Position numbers and translations under genes: made by a program. Under the pieces are notes generated by a model. That model was not told the DNA's origin and made no database searches. It saw only the letters and a list, made by a program, of their open reading frames with translations. DNA of 64,000 nucleotides from NCBI RefSeq assembly GCF_009914755.1, contig NC_060938.1; one strand, 5' to 3'. This document shows, piece after piece, positions 30,887 to 48,770 of this stretch. The first letter of the stretch is position 1. Each line of letters starts with the position of its first letter. The stretch comes from the human T2T-CHM13v2.0 reference genome, Homo sapiens.

Positions 30887-32425
30887 GAAACACTGTCCCT
30901 GAACCCATCCACTCTACACAGCATGGACAGCAGCTGATTAAGCAGTCAATCAGTTTAGCTTAGAAAGCCACCTAACAGCATAATGGCAGAGACCTGAAAA
31001 CAGTAAGCATTGGGCTAATCTGGAATTCCAAGGTGGTAAGGTAAGATGCAGGCAATCGGAGCTATCGAGTTGCCCCACCAATGGAAAATGGCAGTGACAA
31101 ATGGAGACTGCTTTCTATTAGAGTCCTTAGCAGGCCAGGTAACACTTGAGAAATTTGAGAATTTGGCCACAACTAGAAACCAGTGTTCAATAATCACTCC
31201 ACCATTGAGCCAGGGCTTTGCTGAAAAGGTCTTTCTATTTGATTGCAAACCATACATCAACTTGCCTTAACTTTATTGTAAGGAGAAATCCAAAATATAT
31301 TCTGAAAGAGATCAACCCTAACTTTATTTAGGTCATGCTGCTGCCATACACAAACAATGAGAAGTGTGTGACTAATTCAGAAACAGCAAGGAAAGGTCAA
31401 TGCCCAGTTTATTTCTTAACCCACAGTAATCTGTGAGTAATATGAAGAGGCATTTGCCACTACCTGCTCATCAATGCTGCAGTCTAAATGAACAGAAGGA
31501 GGGAGACAATTTCACACTCATTAAAAAAAGAAAAAAAAAAGGCACACTAGTATGTAGTGACGTAAGCCTGGAAATGACACATTTAAGGACAGCTCTCAAA
31601 AGCATTTAGATAATGAAGCCTCAATAACTTGTGAAGTAGAAATGATTGTAACTGTTTTATCAATAAGCAGCTTGATGTTCACGCATGGAAAGTCATTCAC
31701 CCAGAGTCCCTCAGGAGTTAACAATAGTTAAGCCAAATAGTTAGACCTGAAAACTCCAGGCTCGGGACCCAGGCCACAGGGCTGTGTGTTTTGTTTTGGG
31801 AGGGTGGGCCGACTATATGATGCCCAATCCTAGCATAAACCAGTCAATACAATACAACATCTGTGCTTGTCATGAAAACAGGCATTTCCATCTACCCTTG
31901 AAGGCAACCAGCCTTCCGCATCTGGAACCACTGGGTGCATAAGGGACCTGGCAATAAATGATGGGAATTTGGCCTATAGGTGAATCACCAGGCTTGTGGC
32001 TCAGCTCAAAGCATACGCCCTGCTGAACGGAGGAGTGGCATTATGTGCACACAGAGAAGGCAGCACCGTTCCCTGTCACAATATAGACTTTGTAATACTC
32101 TACTATGAGGAAAGAACATCTTCTCTGAGCACACTGAAGAAAGACAGCCTAGAAATTCCACAGAGCCAGAGTATCAGCTCCCAGAGGCACCTTCCCAGTC
32201 TACACCACCCCAGAGAGAGATTGGTCTGATGGATGGGGAAAGCGGTGTTGAAAGTGGCACTCGCTCAGAAAAGCCGAAGAGCTTGGGCAGAGCAGAGAAT
32301 GTCAGCATCATTCTCATCTCCTTGCAGGTGAAACTACAAGAAAACTGAGGCCAGCAGGCAATGAAGTAGACATGTTTTGAGCAGCCCCCAGGGCTTCTGA
32401 TGCCCAAAGTCACAGATGACTCCAG

Positions 32426-32590
32426 ACCATTGCTTCTCCAATGTTCGTGGGCCATGGATCACCTGCAGGCCCTGTGAGATGCAGGTTTCGATCCAGCAGG
32501 TGTGTGGTAGGGCTGAGATTCTGCATTTTTAACAAGCACTCAGGAGATGCCAGTGCTGCTGGCCCTGGGACCATGCACTGAGGAACAGGA
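32426..32590. mobile_element. MER5-family (MER5A1-like)
   Basis: ggatcacctg...gagattctgcatttttaacaagc...gctgctggccctgggacca. Confidence 0.7.
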
Positions 32591-32789
32591 TCTGGAACAG
32601 CACCACTGTGCCCTTATGATTTTAGGCCTTTCCTGCCTTCCACATGACAGGCTTTGCATGTGGCAAAGAATAAAACAATCGCTATGGATTGGCCCTGTGG
32701 AGGGATGTCATATCACCTCCCTGGACACCCTCCCACCAGTTTTACATCACCTGCTATCTACCCCCAGCCTCCGCTCTACCCCCACTGAT

Positions 32790-33490
<701 letters not shown>

Positions 33491-33884
33491 GAGTTTAACT
33501 TTTAATGAAAACTGTAAAGTGCCAACCATCAATCTCAAGGACACCAATGAATTGTTTGCTTACATCTGCTATAAATAGTTTTAATCTGAATAAATGACTT
33601 CTTCGAGATTTCAAAATGACCCATTGTGGCAGATTGCAGGAGATAGTTTTATCCTGTCATGCAAGTATGGACATCATGGAGAAGGGCATGTTTCCCATGA
33701 AGAAGGGCATGTTCCCCATGTTTCCCAGCTCTCATTCACCAGTCAGCTTAATGGAATTCCCCCTTCCTCCCCATAGAACCCACATGGATGAGAGGCGGAT
33801 AGATATCAGCAGGCAGACCTCCTCCTGGGAGAGGCCTCTCACCATGGGGGAAGATTAGAGAAAAGCAGGAGGCAGGAAGTAGAA

Positions 33885-33990
33885 TTCCTCCATGATGCAC
33901 ATGAAAACCCTGAGGCTCAGGGAAATTGAGTGACTTGCTCAAGGTCTCACTGCCAGTGAGACTGGGACTGGAACCCACGCATGCCTCCTA
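33885..33990 (-). mobile_element. MIR
   Basis: tgaggctcagggaaattgagtgacttgctcaaggtctcac...ggactggaaccc. Confidence 0.7.
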
Positions 33991-34395
33991 ACTGCCGATA
34001 TTCTGTATACATTGCTTCTCTTAACAAGTAGAATCTGCGACTGGTTTGAGAACAGCTTCAGTTCCAAAACTCATAAGAGGGATTCTGAATAAATCTTATG
34101 ACAGCCACAGAACCAGAGAAAGTCAGATCTGCCAGGGAGCCAGCCCTGCATATGCACTGAGGGCAGCCACAGCTAAGCAGAGAGGGGTGTGTGTCCATTG
34201 CAGCTCCAGGACCCAAGCTGCCCTCTAACCTGACTGTGCATCTCCCCAGCACACAGCTCCGATCACACATGAGACCAGTGTGGAGAGGGGGTGGGTAGCT
34301 CCACCTCGACTCTCAGAGGAACCACAAGCACAGTCACACTCAGAGCGACAGGAAGTTGTCAGAGTTCAGAGACTGTAGACTGAAAAGAGTACCCA

Positions 34396-34817
<422 letters not shown>

Positions 34818-34857
34818 TCATCCCAGCGGTAAAGCATCTCAAAAGACCTGCTTGGTG

Positions 34858-35010
34858 TCTTTCTTTCTTTCTTTCTTTCTTTTCTTTCTTTCTTTCTTTC
34901 TTTCCTTTCTTTCTTTCTTTCTTTCTTTTCTTTCTTTTTCTTTCCTTCCTTCCTTCCTTCCTTCCTTCCTTCCTTCCTTCCTTCTTTCTTTCTTTCTTTC
35001 TTTCTTTTTT
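34858..35010. repeat. (TTTC)n/(TTCC)n microsatellite (expanded Alu tail)
   Basis: ~150-bp pure pyrimidine tract. Confidence 0.95.
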
Positions 35011-35238
35011 GAGACAGTCTCTCTCTGCTGCTTAGGCTGCAGTGCAATGGTATAATCATGGCTCACTGCAGCCTCAACCTCTGGGCTCAAGCAAACCTCC
35101 CACCTAAGCCCCCTGAGTAGCTAGGACTACAGGCGTGCACTACTACACTCAGCTAACTTTAAAAATTTTTTTGTAGAGATAGGGTTTCACTGTGTTGCCC
35201 AGGCTGGTCTCATGGGCTCCAGCCACTGCATCCAGCCG
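35005..35238 (-). mobile_element. AluJ with left-arm deletion
   Basis: J diagnostics; TSD-like gacctgcYtggt flanks. Confidence 0.92.
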
Positions 35239-35380
35239 ACCTGCCTGGTTTATAACTCACATTTTAACTCACATTTACTCCAAGACCAACTTGCCCTGAA
35301 GCCTTGAGGTTACCCCCTACAGGACTGCACCTGAATTAACCTGTGCTCAGTGGTCTTTGCAGTCCTGATATGAAGAGTAT

Positions 35381-35748
35381 TGTATTAGTCCATTCTCACA
35401 CTGCTAAAAGGACATACCCGAGACTGGGTAATTTATAAAGAAAAGAAGTTTAATTGACTCACGGTTCTGCAGGGCTGGGGAGGCCTCAGGAAACTTACAA
35501 TCATGGTTGAAGGTGAAGCAAACACGTCCTTCTTCACATAATGGCAGGAACAAGAAGAATAAGTGCCCAGCAAAGGAGGAAGCCTCTTATAAAACCATCA
35601 GATCTCATGAGCACTCACTATCACAAGAACAGGATGGGGAAAACTGCCCCTGATTCACTTACCTCCACCTAGTCCCTCTCATGATGCATGGGGATTAAGG
35701 GAACTACAATTCAAGATGAGATTTGGGTGGGGACGTGGCCAAACCATA
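35381..35748 (-). mobile_element. THE1 (C/D-like) MaLR solo LTR
   Basis: tgtattagtccattctc...gagatttgggtggggac...ccaaaccata; flanks agtat/agtac. Confidence 0.92.
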
Positions 35749-35907
35749 AGTACAGACCCTTAGAGGCAAAAAGGATAGTTTGCTGCTTTCTCAGAGGGCA
35801 CACCGCTGTTCTCAGCTCTTTCCCTACAACAAACGACCTTCTCTGTGACCCTCCAGAGCAGGACATGAAGCCATAGTGAGGGGCAGTATGACCAGCAGCT
35901 TGGGAAC

Positions 35908-36469
35908 TGAAGGGGAAGAGACTTTTTCTCTAGGTTCTATGGCTGGGACCTGTGAATTGAACTGATAAAAGATTAACAGTAGAAAACGCATACGAATAAT
36001 TATTTGATGTTAACATTTTTACACGGCATAGGGTAGGGAGAGGGGCTTTATAGAAAGACGTGAAAACCACAAGGAAGCGGTTAAATATACCATTTTAACA
36101 AAGAGAAGTAAATTGTGGAGATTGGACAAGACAAAGGAAAAGAGGGTTTGGGCTAGGGGCAGAAAATTGTGGGAAAGTGACTAGGAAATATATGAGGGAA
36201 ACCCACGGAAGATAAGAGTTATTCTAGTAAGGTTTGTTTGTACAGACTCATCTCAGCATCTGCTCCCTAACTCCAATGATAAGAATGTTCTCCTCTTCCC
36301 GGTACGGGGAGGCCATCTTTCTCATGGAGAATTTATGCCTTGCTTTTAGGTAAAAAGGGGCAGGACAGAGAGCCCTACCGCACAACTGCTGTTTCTCAAC
36401 TGCCTTCAGCTCAAAATAATCAATGTGTCAAAGAGACATATTTTGGGGTGGAATGTTCTGATCCCCATT
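35908..36469 (-). mobile_element. MER34-group ERV1 LTR
   Basis: Reverse complement begins ...cagaacattccaccccaaaatatgtctctttg...ttattttgagctgaaggcagttgagaaacagc; ggaac flanks. Confidence 0.7.
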
Positions 36470-36555
36470 GGAACTGTGAAGCAAGTACTGTCAGGTGGTG
36501 TGGGGGCAGACTTTCACATGTCAAGAGTGATGAGTGAAATATAAGAAAGAAACTA

Positions 36556-36876
<321 letters not shown>

Positions 36877-36959
36877 AGAAAGAAACTAGGTAGTCACAGC
36901 TTTCCCAAACCACTTCCCAAATGTGATTTCCACAGTCCCATCCTGTTTCTTTTCTTCCC

Positions 36960-37524
<565 letters not shown>

Positions 37525-37602
37525 AGTTTGTTTTTAATCTCAAAACCCTATCCACTGTTACACCAATTCTAAATCTCTCTCTCTTTCCTTCTCTTTCTCT
37601 CT

Positions 37603-37652
37603 TACACACACACACACACACACGCACGCACACACGCACGCACGCACACACG
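37603..37652. repeat. (CA)n/(CACG)n microsatellite
   Basis: Seen directly. Confidence 0.9.
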
Positions 37653-38622
37653 CCCTCTCCTACACCTAGAGAAAAGTTGACAGCATTTTCAGATGAAGTA
37701 GAAAGGAAGAGACATCGCTGTCTTTGTTTCTTCCAGGATGCAAGTGGCTAATGCTAAAGGGCTGCCAGAGAACCAGGTGATGACGCTCATCTTGAAAGAC
37801 AAGATAATAAGGGGACAAGCCAGAGCAAAGGAGATACCAGAAAAAGAAGAAAGTGGTGAGGGAGAAGGAGGATGGAAGGTGGGGAGAAGTTGTCCTAAGG
37901 GCTGGGGAACCAAGCCTTCCACTCCTGCTGCACAGGGCCAGAACAATGGAACAATCTTCTTGCCCCAGTCATGCTTCTGGGCGGCAGGTCTCAAAGGGAA
38001 CTGGCTGTTGTAAATGCATTTGCCCTTGGCCTCAGCATCAATCAGACTTGAGACCTTAGCGTCTGTGATGGCAAACCGATGGCCATCCACACCTCCTTCC
38101 TAAGGTGAACCTCTGTGTAAATCACATGCCAAGACAACAGCAACGTTACCTCGATTAAGTGCAATGAAATTGCCCAGGAAAGTTCGTTATCGTGGACTCT
38201 GAGAGCTAGAGCCTTAGACCTTAGACACAGACATCATCTACCGTAACCAGACTTTACTGACGTAGAAACTGAGGTCCAAAGAGGTTGGTCAAGGTCATGC
38301 ACATTATTAGGTGCAGAGCTTGTGCCCCGACTGTCAGGACGGCACTATTTCCACTACTCACACTGCCTAGCACAAATACATTTAATTTTAGTTCATCACA
38401 CATTCAGCCTGTGCTTTCGAGGAATTTTATAGTCCTCACTCCATCTGTGCATCTTGCCATTCTACCAGCTTCCCTTCACTCAGTGCCTCCCATGTATCTA
38501 TCTGTCGCACTGTCCTGAAAAGAAGAGGAGAGGTCCAGGAGTTTAAATTGATCGCCATCTGTGTGTCATTTCGACAGCATCGAGATGGCTAAAACAACCA
38601 CAGCTGAGAATGCTCCATTTCC

Positions 38623-39059
<437 letters not shown>

Positions 39060-39141
39060 TAGGTTTTACTTTTCAGAAGTGACTGCAATACAGTTAAGAC
39101 CATTTAGGTAGAAACCAACCAGTCAGAATGTATTCAAATGT

Positions 39142-39449
<308 letters not shown>

Positions 39450-40232
39450 AGCATGTATTCAAATGTGCACAGTCATTAAAATAACGTGTATGGAAAAGTT
39501 AAAGGCTTGGTTTTCAGATTGCCACATGATGAAAGCGAAGGGTGCTGAGCTGCAGCATGAACCCCATTTCTGCAGCCCTTGGTGCCGGAGGAGCATGTAA
39601 AGTACCATCATTGTGACGGTGTGGTTGCCTCTGGAACCCAGGAGCAGATGTTCTCCTCATCTCTGCCAGGGCTTCGGTCAAAAGCTACACACCACTTGAA
39701 ATGGCTGTAGAGTTTTCAAAATGCCACCAGGTGTGGAGGGAAAAAAGCAATTAAACATTCAAATGGTTAAAGAATAATAGTTTGTTTCATCCGCAAGTTG
39801 TGCATCTCGGGGAGGCAGCGTACACAGCATTATTGTTTGTGAGGCAACAACCAACACCAGAAAGGCATTTTATTTGTGCGCAGATACTATATGTGCAGAG
39901 ATGGCTATCTGTGAAGATAAATGCTTCAGGGACTTTGAGCTTTAGAAAAAAATGGGATCTGGCTAAAGTTTCTCCTCTCTGCTTTCTCGGTTGCTTTAAT
40001 CTTTTATAACCTTACACAGGCCAGATGGAAATGGAGGCTTCCACTCATCTAAGGTGTAGAAGTAAGTAAACCACCGAAATTTCACAAATGAACACACGTG
40101 GTATTCTACATGCAATAATGTGTCTTTCTGCTGTAACATAAGTTCTGACTTCTGTGATTAAAATGCCATGAAGGACTCCAGAAAACACATGATATTTAGT
40201 GACTTCTCAGCACATGCAAAGTTCCGTGCTAG

Positions 40233-40556
<324 letters not shown>

Positions 40557-40865
40557 CCCAGTAGCTTTTAAAAGCGGACATTCCATGGAAAAGATACTCT
40601 GGCCAATAGTCACTGTTCTTAGCCTCAGTCCTGAACTGCTCTCCTTGACCTGTCTGTCCAGAAAACTTGGCTTCTCTCCTCCACACTCTCCCCAGAACTG
40701 ACTCAAATACGTGATCTCCTGTTTGTGCTGTGTCTCTAGGATTGATCACATTTAGTTGCCTCTTCGGCCACCACCACGGCTTTCCTGAAAAATGACTGCA
40801 GTTCCAGACTCTGCTCCACCTGAGGGCCAGGTTCTCCTACCTAGCATGCACCCCAACCAGACAGA

Positions 40866-41062
40866 TGGTCAACATGGTGAAACTCCATCTCTACTAAAAA
40901 TAGAAAAATTAGCTGGGCATGGTGGCACACGCCTGTAATCCCAGGTACTCAGGAGGCTGAGGCAGGAGAATCACTTGAACCTGGGAGGCGGAGGTTGCAG
41001 TGAGCCGAGATCACACTCCAGCCTGGGCGACAGAAAGAGACCCTGTCTTAAAAAAAAAAAAA
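40866..41062 (+). mobile_element. AluS, 5'-truncated
   Basis: Begins at ggtcaacatggtgaaac. Confidence 0.93.
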
Positions 41063-41386
41063 GGTTTAATTGGCTCACAGTTCCACAGGCTGTACAGGAA
41101 GCACGATGGCTTCTGAGAAGGCCTCAGGAAACTTTCAATCATGGCCGAAGGCAAAGGGGAAGCAGGCTCATTGTACATGGCAGAAGCAAGAGGAAGAAAG
41201 GGAGGGAAGGTGCTCACACTTTTAAACGATCAGATCTCACGAGCACTTACTCACTATAACAAGAGCAGGGCCAAGAGGGAAATCCAGCCCCATGATCCAA
41301 TCACCTCACACCAGGCCCCACCACCAACACTGGGGATTACATTTGACATGAGATTTGGGTTGGGACATAGATCCAAATCATATCAC
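41063..41386 (-). mobile_element. MSTA-like MaLR LTR missing its 3' ~60 bp
   Basis: ggtttaattggctcacagttcc...gagatttgggttgggacatagatccaaatcatatca. Confidence 0.9.
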
Positions 41387-41594
41387 ATACCAGCATCTTT
41401 AGTCTTAGATGATTTTGAGGAGGACTAGAAGAGCAATTGCAGAGGCCTTGGCTTTCTTTGAACTGTATCCTTCTTTCAACTCGCCTCCCTGCTACCAAGA
41501 TCAATGGGATGAATCTAGGTGTTATCTAAGTGAATCAAAGACAGCCCGTGTGTATTGGCCTGTAAGTTGCTTATTTCTTCACTGAAGGCTGAAA

Positions 41595-42040
41595 CGTGTT
41601 AGAGCAAAACTCTGCTGGTACCAAACTCAAATTTGTACACATCCAATTATTTTAAAAGAGCCAAAACAAGCAAATCTTTAGCCATTTAGAGCTGACTGCT
41701 TTGCAGACCCCACAAAACTACAAACAGCATCTTCTGGTCATTGACAAGACAGAGCCTTGTGGTTAAACAACCCTAAGCAGCTACTGCCTTCAAAGCAATC
41801 TGACCCAGAAGCTCCCTGTCATGCTGCTGAGCAACAGACATCACCTGGGCATGTGTAGGCCCCTCTCCCCCTGAAGGTTCCCTTATCCTCCCCTTCTGAC
41901 CTTCGACAGTCTCCTGCCATGAAGGGCTTTCCCACATGCAAACCTGTCAAAGCATTGCCCAGTAAAACTTCTATGTGCTTCTGCTACTTTGCGGTCATAT
42001 CTTTTTCTCTGATCAGCCCCCAAATCCCTTGAACCTCTCA
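41595..42040 (+). mobile_element. Probable ERV solo LTR, family not determined
   Basis: TG...CA termini, poly(A)-signal-like agtaaa near the 3' end, LTR-like composition. Confidence 0.4.
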
Positions 42041-42423
42041 TACCAGGTTTCCAGGTTTCCAATCTTGTGACCTCGCTCTCCTGGCAAGACTGATTGGAGG
42101 AGGGGCACACACCTATCCCAAGCCAGGCCAATCAGATTAACTTTCTTGGGGATACAGAATTGGGATTTAGAGAATGGGAAACAAGTTAGACAGCCAAGTA
42201 TCCTTATACTGTGTTCTCCCTCCTCCCTCCCCACCTTTGCCAAGAAAAACTAAGTTTGTTTGAAGGGGGTCTCTATTACTTGCAATGAAACCATGTAAGC
42301 TCAACATTTTAAATAAAATGTTTAAACATAGGGAGAGATGAATTTCAACCACTGGTGATCAGAAGAGATTTCATGCAAGAAAAGAATTCAGGAATTGGAA
42401 TCAGGTCTTAAAGAATAAGTTCT

Positions 42424-42739
<316 letters not shown>

Positions 42740-43664
42740 CTATAGAGCTATGGATGAACACGGTGCGCCTGCTCAAAGGGAAACCAGGCCAGGCTGGAGG
42801 AAATGGTCAAGCTGGAGGGGTGGGGAGAAACGGAGGTCAGACGAGTGGGCTAAGCCCCAGCTGCAGATGCCTGCGGTAGCACAGACTACAAGCCGGGGAA
42901 TCCCAGTGTATCTGAAGGAAACCGCATTTTCATTTCCCTGCCGTCCAGAGGTGTTTGTGAGACATGCCTGCCGAGAGAAAATTCTTGGAGGAGGGCTGAG
43001 GCAAGAGGTTTCTCTTCACACTGCCTCCCTCACCTTCAGGGAGGTTGGAAAACCATGAAAAAAAGGGTTGTGAAAAAGAGTGTGAGGGCCGCTGGCTTCC
43101 AGAACTACTGATGTACCATTATGTACGCGTCAGAAGAGCCTGGTCACAGTTCATGGAGAGCCACTGGAGCTCTCTGCGTGTGGTGGAAACAGTGAAGGTG
43201 GTATTTTAGGAAGTTTGGGCAAAGCTGTTGGCGACGATTTGGAGGAGAGAGTCTGGAGCCAGAAGGTCAGATGTGAAGGGACAAAAGCCTGTCCTAAGAT
43301 GACAATGACACCAATAGGAATAGGGAGATGAGTGCCCACCATTCCTCAAGGAAAAACAGGAGTCAGGACTAGCACTGACTGGGGTGGAAGGGGGACAGTA
43401 ATGCCTTCAGGCTGTAGGACCGAAGCAAAGGGAGACTCAAGAACCTAGGGCCAGGGATAAAACTGTAAAAGTTAGGAAAGGAGTGGACAGTATGTTTCTG
43501 GTGATAGCAGCATAGTTTCTCTTGCAGATAAAAGCTACCAACCTTAGACTGGAAAACAATCAAATAAGCAAACAAACAACACTGCCTGAAGGTAGTGTGG
43601 AATACAAAAGCAGCAAAAGCTATAAAAGAATCTACCTTTGAAAGAAAGGAACAGCACTAGGTGA

Positions 43665-44023
<359 letters not shown>

Positions 44024-44715
44024 CGGGTTTTTTAAAAAAGATTTTTCACTAGTCAATGCAACATGGGACATTTAAAATCTGGATAGAAACCCAAGGTCTC
44101 ACTGGTTGGGAAAACCAAAAGACAAGAGTTTGGGACAACCATGAAAGTTAGAAATAGAAAGATGAAATCCCAGAAAAGGGAGTCTGAGAGTGGAAAGCCC
44201 CAAGTTTTGTGTAAAAACTGCTGAAATCTGGCTATACATATGTAGGGAAAATCACACAGACAAGCTAAGGCTAAAGACACTAAAAAGATATTTACCTGCT
44301 GCTCATTGCAAGAAAGACAGGAGTTGCAATTAGTTTCCTAAAGATAACCGCTTCAAACAAATTAACATTTTTCAAGAATAACAGAATCCAGAGTCTCTAC
44401 AATGTATCATTCACAACAACCAAGTTACTATCCAAAGTAACTAGACATATAAAGAAATAAGAAAATAGAGCCTGTACTGGAGAAAAGCCAACAGCAATCA
44501 GAAAGACTGATCCCAAGGTGACACAGAGGTTGTAATTAACAGACAAAGATTTTAAACACCCATTAAAACAATGCACATGATATTTTACCACCAAAAAATC
44601 ATGCACATGATGTAAAATATGCTCATCATAAACCAGAACTGACTAGGAAATCTAGAACTGAATTACAGAAGTCTGAAATTTAAAAATTTCCTGAATGGGT
44701 TTAAGAGAATGGTGA

Positions 44716-45004
44716 GGCTGGGCACGGTGGCTCACACCTGTAATCCCAGCACTTTGGGAGGCCAAGGCAGGTGGATCATGAGGTCAGGAGACAGACCATC
44801 CTGGCCAACGTGGTGAAACCCCGTCTCTACTAAAAATACAAAAATTAGCTGGATGTGGTGGTGCGTGCCTGTAATCCCAGCTACTAGGGAGGCTGAGGCA
44901 GGAGAATCGCCTGAACCAGGGAGTCAGACGTTGCAGTGAGCCAAGATTGCACCACTGCACTCCAGCCTGGCAACAGAGCAGGCTCCATCTAAAAAAAAAC
45001 AAAA
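44716..45004 (+). mobile_element. AluSc-like followed by (GA)n
   Basis: gaccatcctggccaac, cctggcaacagag; TSD agagaatgRtga. Confidence 0.95.
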
Positions 45005-45035
45005 GAGAGAGAGAGAATGATGAATCTTCATAGAT

Positions 45036-45073
<38 letters not shown>

Positions 45074-45483
45074 TAGAATAAAAAGAATAGAAGAGAATCA
45101 ATGAATTTGAAGGTTCTAAAGAAAGGTTTACCCAATCTGTAAAACAGAGAAATAAAGACTGGAAAAAATCAGAACTTTAGATACCTCTGAGACTATTTAT
45201 CTATCCATATATAGGAATTAAAGTCTGAGGAGAGGACAGGAAAGGAGGACAGAGAGAGAAAGAATGAGACACTAAGTCAATATGAAGAAATAATGGCCAC
45301 AAACTTTCCAAATTTAAAGAAATATATTTTCATGTTTAAGAAACTCAGTAAACACCAAGCAAAATACATGCAAAGAAAACCATACCTTATAATATCATTG
45401 TCAAACTTCCAAAAAAAATTAAAGATCAAAACAAAACAAAAAAAATAGCGAATTTACTGAGGGGTAGAAAACACATTATGTAC

Positions 45484-45732
45484 GGATCACTTGAGCCCAG
45501 GAGTTCGAGACCAGCCTGAACAACACATCAAGACCCATCTCTAAAAACAAATTAGCTGGGCATGGTGGTGCACACCTATAATTCCAGCTACTCAGGAGGC
45601 TGGGGGTAGGGGTGGGGTATCCATTGAGTCTGGCAGCCTGCTTTAGAGAACCATGATCACACCACAGCACTCCAGCCTGGATGACAGAATGAGACCCTGT
45701 CTCAAAAAAAAAGAAAAAAGAAAGAAAAGAAA
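45484..45732 (+). mobile_element. AluJ, 5'-truncated
   Basis: J diagnostics. Confidence 0.9.
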
Positions 45733-47387
45733 ACTAACAGCAAAGATAATGGTAGATTTCTCATCATAAACAATACAAATCAGAAGTCAGTAGAGCTGTA
45801 TCTTTATTGCTCTGAAAGGAAAAAAAAAACCTTATAATGCTGAAAGAAAAAAACTGTCAAATAAGAATTTTATACCCAGTGAAAATAGCTTTGAGAAACA
45901 AAATGAAATAAAGGCTTTCAGATGAGATTGGGCACATTCAGGGTGGTATAGGGCTGTAGACACAAAATGAAATAAAGGCTTCCATTTCAATAAATGAAAA
46001 AAGCTGAAAGAATTCATCATCAGCAGACCTGCACTATAAGAAATGTTAGAAGAAGTCCTTCAGGCAGAGAGACAGTGATACCAGATGGAACTCTGCGTGT
46101 ACACAAAAGAATGAAAAGCACCAGAAATAACAATACAAGTTAATATAAAATAACTTTCTTTCTTATTATTTTAAATATCTTTAAAACAAAATCGGCTATT
46201 TAAAGCAAAAACAATAACATGAATGGTGGGGCTTATAAGAAGTATAGAAGTAAAACATATGTCAACAACAATAGCAAAAATGCCAGGAGGTATTGCAGTG
46301 TCTTCTTTTAAGATTTTTATACTATAAATTAATATAATATAGTTCAAAGGTAGACAGTACTAAGCTGAAGATGCATATAAGTGTAAAGCAACCATTAAAA
46401 TAATACACAAAGATATATAGCTATTAAAGTAAACAAAGGAGATAAAGTAAAAAAAAAGAATACTCAATCCAAAAGGAGGCAGAAAAAAAAAGCAATTGAG
46501 CCAATATAAAACAAATAACAAGTTAGTCAGTTTAAACCCAATCAAATCAATAATCACGTTATATATAAATGGTCTAAATACCCCAATTAAAAACACAGAC
46601 TGTCAGATAAGATTAAAAAAAAACCCCACAAGACCAAACTATATATACTTATAAGAAAACCACTTAAATATAAAACCACAACTACGTTAAAAGCAAAAGG
46701 ATCGAAGAAGAAATATCACACTAATATAAATCAAAAGAAATCTCGAATAGCCCTATTAATATCAAGGTAGATTTTAAATCAAGTAATATTCACATAGTAA
46801 AGGGGATAATTCCATAATGATAGAGGAGTCAGTTAATCAAAAGAACATAACAACCCTAAATGTCTAGACACCTAATAACAGAATGTCAAAATACCTGCAG
46901 AAAAGTAATAGAACATCGAGGAAAAACAGACAAATCGATAATTATAGACTGAGATTTCAGCAACCTTCTCTAGGTACCTGATAGAACAAACAGACAATCA
47001 GTAAGGATATAGAAGACTTGAACAATACTATCAACCAAATTGGGCTAATACCAAAAACACTACACTGAACAACAGAAGACTACATATTCAGGTGAACATA
47101 GAACATTTACCAAGACAGATCTCATTCTGGCCATAAAACATGTATCAATAAATGTGAAAAGGTTAAAGTCATAAAAACTATGGTCTGTGATCACAACAGA
47201 ATCAAATTAGAAATCAACAGAATGATATTTGGAAAATTCTTAAATATTTGAAAACTAAATAACACATCTCTAAATAATCCATGGATCAAAGAAGAAATCA
47301 AAAGAAAAATCAGAAAGTACTTCTAACTGGATGAAAATGAAAACACAACATACTAAAATGTGTGGAACACTGCTAAAGCAGACATAG

Positions 47388-47744
<357 letters not shown>

Positions 47745-47776
47745 AAATAATTTGTTCTTCTACCTTAAGAAACTAG

Positions 47777-48054
47777 AGCTGGGCACGGTGGCTCACGCCT
47801 GTAATCCCAGCACTTTGGGAGGCCGAGGCGGGTGGATCACGAGGTCAGGAGATCGAGACCATCCTGGCTAACAAGGTGAAACCCTCTCTCTACTAAAAAT
47901 ACAAAAAATTAGCCAAGCGAGGTGGTGGGCGCCTGTAGTCCCAGCTACTCGGGAGGCTGAGGCAGGAGAATGGTGTGAAACCCGGGGGGCAGAGCCTGCA
48001 GTGAGCCGAGATCGCACCACTGCACTCCAGCCTGGCGACAGCAAGACTCCATCT

Positions 48055-48093
<39 letters not shown>
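47777..48093 (+). mobile_element. AluY (Ye-like)
   Basis: gcgaggtgg, cccggggggcagagcctgcag, gacagcaagact; long poly(A); TSD aagaaactaga. Confidence 0.93.
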
Positions 48094-48095
<2 letters not shown>

Positions 48096-48512
48096 AAGAA
48101 ACTAGAAAAAGAACTGCAAATAAAATCCAAAGCAGGCAAAAGAAAGTAAATAATAGAATGGAAATAAATATAAAACAAACAAAATTAGGGAAAAAAATCA
48201 AATAAAAACAAAAGCTGGTTCCTTGGGAAGATCAATAAAACTCTCATCAGTATTATTAGGAAAAAAGGAGAGAATACAACAGATGACAAATATCAGGAAA
48301 GAAAGGTGATGTCATCACAGTCTACAGATATTAAAAGTATAGGAGGACATTATCAACAACTTTATGCCAATAAATTCAATATTTAAATTTAGTTGACAAA
48401 TTCCCTAAAAGATACAAACAAAAACCAATTTTAAAAAAGTAGGCTTACATCTATTAAAGAAATTGAATTTGTAGATTAAAATCCTTCACATAAAAAAGAC
48501 TCCAGGACCAGA

Positions 48513-48770
48513 ATGTTTTCTTAAATTGAACACTTATTAATCTTCCAGATATCACCTTTTGTCAGAAATTGGAGTTATGAATAGCCCTCACCATACTGAC
48601 GCTTTGACTGAGCTCCTCTCTACCCCAAAAACAAGAGACCCTCATAGTTAGGCAGGAATATCATCACCCCTAGTCAGCCTGAAGAAGTTACAGAAGATGC
48701 ATCTTTGTTCCTCTACAACCCTTAGGATTAAGGGTTCTCTTATAAAAGCGCGGGGCTGGGGAGGGGAATA
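48513..48770 (+). mobile_element. MER41 internal 3' end with polypurine tract
   Basis: Non-L1 sequence ending ggggaggggaata directly before the LTR's TG. Confidence 0.75.
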
